From the IMG/VR virus record IMGVR_UViG_3300033145_002956, positions 1-51,355 of that record: a stretch of 51,355 nucleotides of DNA; one strand, 5' to 3'. This document shows positions 27,011-36,046 of this stretch, one piece after another. Each line of letters begins with the position of its first letter. Position 1 is the stretch's first letter. The DNA comes from a virus. Taxonomy: Duplodnaviria; Caudoviricetes. The position numbers were made by a program, and so were the translations under genes. The notes under the pieces were generated by a model. That model was given only the letters and a program-made list of their open reading frames with translations, ran no database searches and was not told where the DNA came from.

Positions 27011-30000
27011 ATGGAGAAAAAAAATCTTGCTATCGTTGGAGGTTTAGGTGCATTGGCCGCTTATTTATATTATACTCGTAGACCTTGTGAGCTGTGTGAG
27101 ACCTGTGAGACTTCATGTGAGTTTTCATGTCAGACTTGTGAAATTTCTCAGGATGTTCCTGATCATTGTGGTCGAGATAATCCCGATTGGAAACATGATG
27201 ATCAGATTTATGATGTAACTTCTGTAATGAACTCTCAGGGCTACTCTGGATATTGGGAGTTAGATGTAACTATGCATAATGGACCATCAATCATATCTAT
27301 TTATGGGCCTGAAGAGCCTCCAGAGAGAAGTGATAAAGAAAAGGTACAATCGTGGCTTAGTGGTTTTGACTTGCATAGAGGCTTTTGTTATATTGATAAT
27401 AATTATTACTGGCTTAAATATCCAGCATCTTTGACACATACTCCTTACCCTCCGTGTCTTACTTGTGAAGTCGCCTGTGAGTCTTCATGTATGGAGAGTT
27501 GCGAGGTTCACTGCCAGACAGGTTGTGAGGTCTCCTGTGAGGCTGACTGTGAAACAGCATGTCAGGTTGGATGTGAGATTTCGGTAGAGCCACCGTCTCC
27601 TCCTGAGAAGAGGAAGTTAAGTATCCATGCAGAGGAGGGAGGCACAACTGATCCGTCTCCTGGCACTTACTATCATGATCCTTTGGATGTTGTTAGAGTC
27701 TTGGCAATTCCCAATTCAGGATATATCTTTGATCATTGGTCTCTTGGTGGGTCAAAGTTTTATCCTAATCCTATTGATGTGCTGATGGATGCTGATATTA
27801 ATTTGATAGCTTACTTTAAGGAAGCTCCATCGCCACCTTGTGGTACAGAGGATGTTCCTACACCTCCTCCTCCTGAACCTGGAACTGGGCATGTTTTAGT
27901 TACTTCTTTAGAGGTAGAGAGTGTTCCTGCTACTACAGAGGGAGGATGTAACACTTTACATTATGAAGCTGTGCTGACAAATCCAGGTTCTGAGTCTGCT
28001 ACTCACCATGTGGAGATTTACTTGGAGTATGGCGGTACTTCCTCAAGTATCTACAGTCAGGATGTTACTCTTGAGCCTGCTCAGACTAAATATCTTGCTA
28101 ATAATATCAGAATGTGCCTAAGTGGAACTTTAACCGTAGGTATGTCTGTAACTATTCGGGTAGTTGCAGAAAATGAAAAATCTGCGAGTGTTGTGCTTTA
28201 CCCCGGACCAACTCCTCCTCCTTGTACTACTCAGTGTGAGATCTGTGAAACTCCTTTTGAAATATGTGGTGTTATAGAAACATGTGGAACTTTAGAAACT
28301 TGTCCTACGGATGTTTGTAGAGTATCTTGTGAGATTCCCTCTGAAATTCTTCCTCCTTCAGGAATTGAAGTTTGGGTATTCTCTCAGCCAGAGGAGATTT
28401 GTCCTCCATGTCCTTTAGCTGCTAGGGCTGCTCAGGAGGTTGCTAGTGAGTATAATGTAGGTTTTAAGGATATAGATACCTTTACTGATGAGGGTAGAGT
28501 GTTGGCGGAGCAGTATAATGTTACGAGCACTCCTACTACAGTAGTCTTTGTAGATGGTACAGTAAAATGTAGATGGGAAGGGTATTTTTCCAATCTAAAG
28601 GATGTTCTTAGGGATTGTCTTGATCAGTATGTGTCAATTCCAGGTAGAAAGGTGCTGTTTTATATAGATGGTACTCTTGTGCATCAGGCGCAGGTAAGTT
28701 CTGTTCTCACCGAGTCTGCTTTTGATGAGTGTTACTTTGCACATGGTGGTAAGAGTGGTAATGAGGAGCTGGGTCCTCCTACTTTTGCAGGAGAGAAGTT
28801 TTGTTTTCATGCACATATTGGAGGAGAGTGGGGAGTGACTTATTCTCTCTTTGGATATACTGCTGAATCTGGGACTCATACTGTTACTGCGAAGCTTGTT
28901 GATGAAAATGGTAATGTTTTGGATACATGCTCGAAGACATATTCGATTGAAGCTCCTCCTCCTGAAGAGTGTACAATTGATGATGATGTCTGGAAACATG
29001 GAGATGAAGTCTATGATGTTACAGAAGTCATGAATCGTAATGGTTATGATGGGGAGTGGACTTTGTCAGTCACGATGCGTAATGGTCCGACAGGTATAGA
29101 GCTATTTGGTCCAACTGAGCCGCCTGCAAGGGAAGAGTTAAAGATGATAGCTTCATGGCAGGCGGGATATGATCTTCATAGGGGTTTCTGTCCAAAGGAC
29201 AATAATTATTATTGGTTACATTATCCTGTTGAGCTTACTCAGATTTCTGGCCCTACACCGTCTTCATCGGCTTTGTCTTTTGAGGGTGTTACAATAACTT
29301 CCTCTGGTGGTACTCATCCTTCAGATTTCGATGTTTCTGGGCGTGTTTCTAATCCAAATGCGTTTCCCGTAACTACAACAGTGGAAGCTTGTTATGCAGT
29401 TAAGGGGGGTTCCAATGAGACGGATTGTGATCTACAGACTCTTACTGTTCCTGCTCATGGTTCCTCCTCCTTTAGTATACACCTCCATGTTACGAATTGG
29501 TGCATTCCTCCTTATAAATGTGGTGGCAGTTGTACTGTTACTGTAACGGGAGATAAAATAGGGGATTATGTATCTCGGAAGTTTATGGCAGATGGAAGTG
29601 CCGAGCCTTATGAATATGGTGGAGGAACAGGTGAGCCTCCTGATGTTTGGTGTGAGATGTGTGATGTTTCCTGTGAGGAAACCTGCGAAATTTCTTGTCA
29701 GGCTGATTGCGAAGTTGCTTGCCAGACAGGCTGTGAAATCTCTTGTGAGGAAGAATGTGAATTATCCTGTCAATCTGCTTGTGAGTGGTGCATGATCTCT
29801 TGTGAAAACTGCGAAGGTCGCTGTGAAACAGGTTGTGAGGTTGCTTGCCAGACTTCTTGTGATGTTTCTTGTGAAGATTACTGTGAAAAGGCTTGTCAGG
29901 GAGCATGTGAGTTGGCTTGCGAAGAGAATTGTGAATATGCCTGTCAGGCTTACTGTGAATCTTACTGTCAAATTGGTTGCGAAGTGTCTTGTGAAACGGG

Positions 30001-30223
30001 TTGTATGGTTTCTTGTCAGGCGTCTTGTCAAGTGTCTTGTCAGGCTACCTGTGAAAGGGCTTGTCAAACCACTGCTGAATACTGTGCAACTCATTGTGAA
30101 ACCACCTGTGAGGCTATGTGCATGACGCATTGTGAGTATTGCGAAACCAGTTGCGAGCTTCAGTGTCAGACTATGTGTGAGGTAGGTCATGAAGGAGTGT
30201 GTGTAAATATAGAACCATATTAG
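27011..30223 (+). CDS. Large multidomain surface/virion protein with Cys-x-x-x tracts, InlB-B-repeat-like, Ig-like and thioredoxin domains
   Basis: N-terminal TM; four Cys tracts (about 46 Cys in the last); GTTDPSPGTY...A.PNSGY.FDHW; CPPC...STPT thioredoxin; duplicated ~90-aa domain. Confidence 0.85.
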   Translation: MEKKNLAIVGGLGALAAYLYYTRRPCELCETCETSCEFSCQTCEISQDVPDHCGRDNPDWKHDDQIYDVTSVMNSQGYSGYWELDVTMHNGPSIISIYGPEEPPERSDKEKVQSWLSGFDLHRGFCYIDNNYYWLKYPASLTHTPYPPCLTCEVACESSCMESCEVHCQTGCEVSCEADCETACQVGCEISVEPPSPPEKRKLSIHAEEGGTTDPSPGTYYHDPLDVVRVLAIPNSGYIFDHWSLGGSKFYPNPIDVLMDADINLIAYFKEAPSPPCGTEDVPTPPPPEPGTGHVLVTSLEVESVPATTEGGCNTLHYEAVLTNPGSESATHHVEIYLEYGGTSSSIYSQDVTLEPAQTKYLANNIRMCLSGTLTVGMSVTIRVVAENEKSASVVLYPGPTPPPCTTQCEICETPFEICGVIETCGTLETCPTDVCRVSCEIPSEILPPSGIEVWVFSQPEEICPPCPLAARAAQEVASEYNVGFKDIDTFTDEGRVLAEQYNVTSTPTTVVFVDGTVKCRWEGYFSNLKDVLRDCLDQYVSIPGRKVLFYIDGTLVHQAQVSSVLTESAFDECYFAHGGKSGNEELGPPTFAGEKFCFHAHIGGEWGVTYSLFGYTAESGTHTVTAKLVDENGNVLDTCSKTYSIEAPPPEECTIDDDVWKHGDEVYDVTEVMNRNGYDGEWTLSVTMRNGPTGIELFGPTEPPAREELKMIASWQAGYDLHRGFCPKDNNYYWLHYPVELTQISGPTPSSSALSFEGVTITSSGGTHPSDFDVSGRVSNPNAFPVTTTVEACYAVKGGSNETDCDLQTLTVPAHGSSSFSIHLHVTNWCIPPYKCGGSCTVTVTGDKIGDYVSRKFMADGSAEPYEYGGGTGEPPDVWCEMCDVSCEETCEISCQADCEVACQTGCEISCEEECELSCQSACEWCMISCENCEGRCETGCEVACQTSCDVSCEDYCEKACQGACELACEENCEYACQAYCESYCQIGCEVSCETGCMVSCQASCQVSCQATCERACQTTAEYCATHCETTCEAMCMTHCEYCETSCELQCQTMCEVGHEGVCVNIEPY

Positions 30224-30231
30224 GTGATAAG

Positions 30232-32580
30232 ATGAGTGGAAATATTAAAGATTTAGATATAGAGAAAATGAGAAAAAGTCAAAGGTCTGTAGTAAATTTA
30301 GTTGCGTACACTACTGAAGCCTGTAATTTAGCCTGCGACTACTGTCACGAGAAAGGTACGCCTATCTTGATGGCAGATTGCAGTTGGAAACCTATAGAGT
30401 TGCTTGAGGTAGGGGATAAAGTAATGGGTTTAGTTAAAAAGAAGAGTTCAACTGGAAAAAGTGAAAATTGGACTTTTGCTAAAACAGAGGTGGAGGCTAC
30501 TACTTCGAGAATTTCGGATACTCTTGTACTGTCTACAGACAAGGGTGATTTTATTTGTACTCCTGAACATAAGTGGTTAGAGAGGCATCATGGTTATAAA
30601 GAATGCAAGGATTTTGTTGAAGGGCAGTTTATAAAGTATGTTTCTCCTCCTGTTGTTGTCGAGGAAACAGAGAATTATAAACTTGGATGGCTTGTTGGAA
30701 TTATTCTTGGTGATGGAACTGTCTCTTGGTATGACTATGATTATGGAAAGATTCGTAGATTTAGGTTAGCTGTTAAGGATAAGGAAATCATTGAACGTTT
30801 TAAGAATTATATGTGGGATGTTCCTTTCCATGATTTTATTATGAAAACAAGGACTGGTAATCTCTTTGCTATTAGAACGGACATCATATCTTGTGCGGAG
30901 AAAATAAGAGATTTGAGTCGTTTGTGGATAGATGATTTTGATTTCTATAGAGGTTTCTTAGGAGGAATCTATGATGCTGAAGGGTATACAGATGGTTATT
31001 CTATAAGAATTGCGAATAAAGATTCCTATATCCTTTCAAGAATTAGAGAGTGTCTCTCTAAATTAGATTTTATGTATGTTTATGAACCGGCGGAGACTTC
31101 TACTAGTCGTACTCCTAAAATACGAGTACTTGGAGGTATGGCACAGAATGTAAGGTTTATTGCTTTGGCTAATCCTTCTATTGGTAGGAAACGTCAGGTA
31201 CTTGAGGGTAAGCAAGTGCATGGCAATGCTCAAGTTTTAGGGCTTAGAGAGGGTGAGAAACAGAGGGTGTACAATATTATGACTGGAACGGGTAACTATG
31301 TTGCTGGAGGTCTAGTATCCAAGAACTGTTTTGTTCCTAAAAAGAAGAATCCTAAAAGCATGGATAACAAAACAGGGGAAGCTATGGTTGATTTTCTAAT
31401 AAAAAATTCTGGTGCTGAAAAAAGAGTTTCCATTGCTTTCTTTGGTGGCGAACCCTTACTTAACTTTGGGCTTATAAAACATGTCGTTAATTATGGTAGT
31501 AGAAAGGCAAAGGAAGCTGGGAAAGTTATGAATTTCTCGGCGACTACGAATGGAACGTTATTTGCTCTAAAACCTGAAATACTTAAATATTGGGAAGAAC
31601 ATAAGCTTGGTGTTCTCCTTTCTATAGATGGATGCGAACAAACCCACAACCTTCATAGAAAGACTAAGGATGGAGAAGGTAGCTGGAAATTGGCTATCCA
31701 GTGTATTCCTACACTCAGACGTTATCTTAAAATGTTTACAGTTAGAGTTACATACTTCCCAGATCACTTCGATCTTCTTGAAGATATTATGGCTCTCATG
31801 AAGCTCGGTGCTCCTAATATTGCTGTTGTTCCTGTGGCTGAGGCTGATTTTGATAATCCAGAGACTTGGTCTAAAGTCGAGAAGATGTACTGGGATCTTG
31901 CGAAAGTTTTTGTTTCTCTTGCTCGAAATGATTGTATTCTTCCTCTTTCCTTTGAGAGAAAGATGTTACTTGATATGTGGAGAATCAGGCACGGTGGCTC
32001 TCGTAAAAGAGGTCCCTGTGGAGCTGGTAAGGGAATGCTTGGAATTTCAACTGAAGGAATAGCGTACCCATGTCACAGATTCGTGGCTCAGGATAAGTAT
32101 AGACTTGGAGACGTTTTCAATGGTATTGATCCTGTAAAGAGGGCAGAGTTTTTGCAGATAAATCAGGATAAAATAAAAGGTGATCTTGAAGACTGTGCTA
32201 TGTGTAGAGCCTTTGAAGTCTGTGGTGGCAGTTGCATCGCTAACAATAATGTGTGGTGTGATAGCATGTACCAGAGTGTTGGAGGTCACTGTAAGATTAT
32301 TAGACTGAGATATGATATATGTAATTATATATATAATCTTTTGGTCTATAAAGAAAAGAATTCTGCTTTAATCAATTATCTTACTACTCATAGCAATATG
32401 GGGAGGAGAATGATAGGTGGACAGGGTAAGGGACAGCCTAAACGACCACCATATCCACAAAATATAAATACTCCAAAGACTATAGATGAGTCTATACGTC
32501 TAATAAAAGAGGGGCTCAAGACAGCTCCTCCTGACATAAAGGAGAAATTAAAAAGAGAACTAAATTTGGAGGTTAAATAA
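30232..32580 (+). CDS. Radical SAM/SPASM peptide maturase (anSME/SCIFF-like), intein-containing
   Basis: CNLACDY[intein]C, FFGGEPLLN, TTNGTL, LSIDG...H...R; SPASM CGAG..GI...G..YPCHRF...C..C.....CGGSC...C. Confidence 0.93.
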   Translation: MSGNIKDLDIEKMRKSQRSVVNLVAYTTEACNLACDYCHEKGTPILMADCSWKPIELLEVGDKVMGLVKKKSSTGKSENWTFAKTEVEATTSRISDTLVLSTDKGDFICTPEHKWLERHHGYKECKDFVEGQFIKYVSPPVVVEETENYKLGWLVGIILGDGTVSWYDYDYGKIRRFRLAVKDKEIIERFKNYMWDVPFHDFIMKTRTGNLFAIRTDIISCAEKIRDLSRLWIDDFDFYRGFLGGIYDAEGYTDGYSIRIANKDSYILSRIRECLSKLDFMYVYEPAETSTSRTPKIRVLGGMAQNVRFIALANPSIGRKRQVLEGKQVHGNAQVLGLREGEKQRVYNIMTGTGNYVAGGLVSKNCFVPKKKNPKSMDNKTGEAMVDFLIKNSGAEKRVSIAFFGGEPLLNFGLIKHVVNYGSRKAKEAGKVMNFSATTNGTLFALKPEILKYWEEHKLGVLLSIDGCEQTHNLHRKTKDGEGSWKLAIQCIPTLRRYLKMFTVRVTYFPDHFDLLEDIMALMKLGAPNIAVVPVAEADFDNPETWSKVEKMYWDLAKVFVSLARNDCILPLSFERKMLLDMWRIRHGGSRKRGPCGAGKGMLGISTEGIAYPCHRFVAQDKYRLGDVFNGIDPVKRAEFLQINQDKIKGDLEDCAMCRAFEVCGGSCIANNNVWCDSMYQSVGGHCKIIRLRYDICNYIYNLLVYKEKNSALINYLTTHSNMGRRMIGGQGKGQPKRPPYPQNINTPKTIDESIRLIKEGLKTAPPDIKEKLKRELNLEVK
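30343..31326 (+). mobile_element. Intein with LAGLIDADG homing endonuclease (328 aa)
   Basis: Starts CHEKGTPILMAD; block B CTPEHKWL; LVGIILGDG and FLGGIYDAEG; ends VYNIMTGTGNYVAGGLVSKN before Cys. Confidence 0.93.
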
Positions 32581-32581
32581 A

Positions 32582-33010
32582 ATGGTAAATTGTGTAGCGA
32601 ATGACTTCAAAGGTGAAGGCTCGGTAATTTACTACAGTGGAGAAGGTTCAAGTCCTGCTCTTGATTGGTATGCTGAGCAAACTGGTAAAGATTGGCAGCT
32701 TACGGTGGATTATAGACAAGTGCTGGAGTTTCGTTACTATGGTACTTCAGAGCCCCCAGAGAGAGATTTAAGTCTCCAAGTCATGGATTGGCAGGCTGGA
32801 TATATGTGGGGTAGATTTCAGGTGAATCAGTATTGTGAAAAAGATCCCAATGGAGGTTATTATTACTTGGTGAAATATGCGGCAACGCTTGAAGAGGTTA
32901 CTGTTCCTCCTGTTCCTCCTGTTCCTGATGAGATGAAGTACATAATTGCTGCAATATTGATAGGAGGAGTTGCATTGATGGCTTATAACTCTTTAAAGAA
33001 GGAGGTCTGA
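32582..33010 (+). CDS. Membrane-anchored protein with 'EPPER' domain
   Basis: Paralog of the N-terminus of 33014; C-terminal TM. Confidence 0.8.
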   Translation: MVNCVANDFKGEGSVIYYSGEGSSPALDWYAEQTGKDWQLTVDYRQVLEFRYYGTSEPPERDLSLQVMDWQAGYMWGRFQVNQYCEKDPNGGYYYLVKYAATLEEVTVPPVPPVPDEMKYIIAAILIGGVALMAYNSLKKEV

Positions 33011-33013
33011 TAA

Positions 33014-33865
33014 ATGGTGCTGTGGTGCGTTCCTGATGATTTTAAAGGTGTCGGAAAAGCCGATTATTTCTCTGGTAGTGGTAGGAGTGCTTCTTTAGAT
33101 TGGTGGTCTGAGCAAACAGGTAAAGAATTTGAGCTTACGGTAGATTACACTCAGGTCTTGGACATTGTTTATTATGGAACAGATTGTCCTCCAGAGAGAG
33201 ATTTTAGTGATCAGATCAATGATTGGCTCAGCGGTCATATGTGGGGGAGATACCAAGTTAATGACCGATGCGAAAAAGATGAAAATGGAGGGTATTTCTA
33301 CTGGGTTAAATATAAAGCAGAGTTATATGAGCTTGAGCCTACGCCTCCCCGTTTTAGAATGGAGTGTAAGTTGCTTCCCTTAGTGCCGAACGCAATTTAT
33401 AATCTATCTGCTAAAATATCTGAATTTGTATATAATCTACTCCAGAAAGTTACACCTTTGGGCTTTACTATTGAAAATTGCTATGTGGAGAATAGTACTC
33501 TCTATGTAGATTTTAAAGAGGAAGGTAGTCCAATTGGTTGGGCTGTGGTAGCTATTGTAATTGCTGTATGTGCTGCTTTTGGTATTGCAGTTGTCTCTTG
33601 GAAGGGTATTGTAGGTGAGAGAGAGATGACAAAAAGGCAGACTGCTCTCCAAGATTTTTGGGATGCTCGTTATCAAGCTCTTATAGGTGAGGGTGTCGAT
33701 CCTGAAACTGCTGCGAGGCTAGCAACTGATGCATCGGAAGCGGTGAAACAAGAGCAGGAGAAGGAGAATTGGACGAAGTATCTTATGTATGGCGTGCTTG
33801 CCATTGTTGGTATTATAGCTGTGAAATATTTGGTGATTCCAATGCTTGAACATAGAGGTGATTGA
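33014..33865 (+). CDS. Membrane protein with 'EPPER' domain and two TM segments
   Basis: DFKG.G...YSG.G.S..LDW..EQTGK shared with the previous gene. Confidence 0.8.
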   Translation: MVLWCVPDDFKGVGKADYFSGSGRSASLDWWSEQTGKEFELTVDYTQVLDIVYYGTDCPPERDFSDQINDWLSGHMWGRYQVNDRCEKDENGGYFYWVKYKAELYELEPTPPRFRMECKLLPLVPNAIYNLSAKISEFVYNLLQKVTPLGFTIENCYVENSTLYVDFKEEGSPIGWAVVAIVIAVCAAFGIAVVSWKGIVGEREMTKRQTALQDFWDARYQALIGEGVDPETAARLATDASEAVKQEQEKENWTKYLMYGVLAIVGIIAVKYLVIPMLEHRGD

Positions 33866-34418
33866 TTTGGCTGAACTCTATTGGGGAGAAAGAGAAGCAA
33901 AAGTAAATATTGCACAGGAACTCGCTAAGATGGGAATAACGATGACATTTATCTGGTTTGCTGAGTGGCTCTATCGTAGGATTTCATCGCCTGTATCGTC
34001 TGGTATGTCTTGTTCTGTAGCTTCTCAGTTTCCTCTAGATTCGCCTTACAATCATTTAGAACCTGTGGTTGGTGTATCCTCTCTCCAGGATGTAGCTAAT
34101 TATATGTCAACATTAAAGTATCATAGAGATCCTTTCTTCAAAGATTACTATCAACCTGTTCATGTAACTATGGAGAAGGGTACAGGCGATTGTGAAGATA
34201 TGGCTATTGTTGCTGGTAGTCTCGTGCAGTCCTTAGGTATTACACCTTCATTTGCGTATCTTTACAACCCTGATGAGCTAGAGGGACATACTGTGGCATA
34301 TTGTATTTATGATGGCTATTTATGGATTTTCTCTAATAATAAAACTTATGTCCTTGAAGCTGAGAGGGTAAGTAGTCTTGTGGATATTTTTGATTATCAG
34401 TGTGTGGAGGTGCTTTAG
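33858..34418 (+). CDS. Transglutaminase-like cysteine protease-fold protein
   Basis: GTGDCEDMAI (catalytic Cys), EGHTVA (His), WIFSN. Confidence 0.8.
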   Translation: MIDLAELYWGEREAKVNIAQELAKMGITMTFIWFAEWLYRRISSPVSSGMSCSVASQFPLDSPYNHLEPVVGVSSLQDVANYMSTLKYHRDPFFKDYYQPVHVTMEKGTGDCEDMAIVAGSLVQSLGITPSFAYLYNPDELEGHTVAYCIYDGYLWIFSNNKTYVLEAERVSSLVDIFDYQCVEVL

Positions 34419-34661
34419 ATGCCTATTGATCCAAAGCAGATAAGAGAGGTTGCGAAAAAATATGAGAAGGATAGTAATGGAATTACCCTAAAGGAAATGG
34501 TCTGGTGGCTTGTCGATAAGCGTGAAGAGACGGTAAATACTATGAATGTCTTGAGTGTTGCGGTGTCGAAGAATACTACAGCTATCGTGTATCTGAAGTG
34601 GGTAGTAGGATTTATTATAACGGGCTTAGTTGGAGCTTGGGTATATATTTTTGCGAGGTGA
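34419..34661 (+). CDS. Coiled-coil protein with C-terminal TM
   Basis: LKWVVGFIITGLVGAWVYIF. Confidence 0.7.
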   Translation: MPIDPKQIREVAKKYEKDSNGITLKEMVWWLVDKREETVNTMNVLSVAVSKNTTAIVYLKWVVGFIITGLVGAWVYIFAR

Positions 34662-34882
34662 TAAAAACGGAGTCTAAAGATTTGTTACTTCTCGGTGTTC
34701 TTGCAGTTGTGGGATATTTAGTCTATAAAAATATCTCAAAATCTTCGGCTTCTGGATTAGGTCTTGGTGGAAGAGGTAGAGCTGGGATGCCTAAGACAGA
34801 GGCGGAGCGTGTTGCTACGCATTTGAGTCGTTATGGAACAACTCAGTTGCCTCCGAGAGGTTCTGGACTATTGAGAAGATAA
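34658..34882 (+). CDS. Small N-terminal-TM basic protein
   Basis: LLLLGVLAVVGYLVY...PKTEAERVATH...LPPRGSGL. Confidence 0.65.
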   Translation: MIKTESKDLLLLGVLAVVGYLVYKNISKSSASGLGLGGRGRAGMPKTEAERVATHLSRYGTTQLPPRGSGLLRR

Positions 34883-34898
34883 ATATTTAAGTAGGGAA

Positions 34899-35375
34899 AT
34901 GAGAGATATTGTTATGTTTCGCAGAAGAGACTGGGCTTCATTGATTATACAGGCAGAGTTAACAGGTAAAAAAATAGCTGAAGCTGGGAGTGTTCAGTAT
35001 GAAACTGTTGTTAGGGAAAAGCCAAAAACTACAGAAATTTATGCTCAGAAAGACCTTACTCTTGATAGTAACTCAGTTTTTGTCGATGTCAAAGGATATG
35101 GGAAGGTTCATGAAATATTTTTAATGACAGATAGCCAGAACTACAAAATTTATGTCAATGTTGATGGAAAAGATCTTTATGATGATACTTATTCTCATTT
35201 AAGAGAAATGAGTAGATTCTTAAATGAGATCGGAACGAGAACAAGTGGCTCTTATTATATTCTTTCAATTGTAGATATTCCTTTCTCTACATCTTTATAT
35301 ATTCGTGTTGAACCTTCTGAGTCTATCGTTTTTAAAGAGGTCTCAATAAAGTATGAGGTAGGTAATAGTGTCTAA
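34899..35375 (+). CDS. Beta-rich virion protein (paralog of the C-terminal domain of 24488)
   Basis: NYKIYVNVDGKDLYDDTY...YYILSI...ESIVF....IKYEV. Confidence 0.75.
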   Translation: MRDIVMFRRRDWASLIIQAELTGKKIAEAGSVQYETVVREKPKTTEIYAQKDLTLDSNSVFVDVKGYGKVHEIFLMTDSQNYKIYVNVDGKDLYDDTYSHLREMSRFLNEIGTRTSGSYYILSIVDIPFSTSLYIRVEPSESIVFKEVSIKYEVGNSV

Positions 35376-36046
35376 CGTCAATGATATAAATACAGATGCT
35401 TCTGGAGACATCCAAGTCGATGTTAAAACTATGCCTTCTATTTCTGTAGCTACTGGTGTGGTTAAGGTTTCTAAAATTTTATCTACCTCTCCTGTTACTG
35501 GTACGGTCTCTGTTGGAAATATTAATTTAGATGCTTCCTCCGATGTTCAGGTCGATGTTAAAACTATGCCTACTGTGAATGCTACGGGATATGTCACGGT
35601 CAAAAGTCTCTGTTGGAAATATTAATTTAGATGCTTCCTCTGATGTTCAGGTCGATGTTAAAACTATGCCTACTGTGAATGCTACGGGATATGTCACTGT
35701 AAAGAACTTCCCAGCTACTCAAACTGTAAGTGGTAGTGTGTCTCTAGTGGGAACTTCTCCAGTGGATGCAGATATTCAGCCTTTGTCTTCTATAAAAACA
35801 GGTCAGATTACTGTAGGAGCTACAACCTCAAAAGCTCTTACTTCCTCGTGTACTTCCAAGTGTGTTTCTGTAGAGCCTCATTCTGCAAATACTGGAAAGG
35901 TGTATGTTGGTGGGGATTCTTCGGTGACTACATCTACAGGTTGGGAACTCGTAGCACCTATTTCGTTTGATGTCGATAATGCTAGCAAGATCTATGTCAT
36001 AGCAAACCAAGCAAATCAGAAAGTTTGTTGGGCGGTGTTGGGATGA
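35368..36046 (+). CDS. Repeat-containing virion protein; +1 frameshift near 35605
   Basis: Near-identical repeat with 100-nt period (35506 and 35606); removing one A from the AAAA run joins the two ORFs. Confidence 0.65.

Noticed and set aside
29651-30200. Periodic TGTGA repeats resembling a CRISPR array or satellite
   Set aside because: They are the 12-nt codon periodicity of C-E-x-x protein repeats; there is no repeat-spacer structure.
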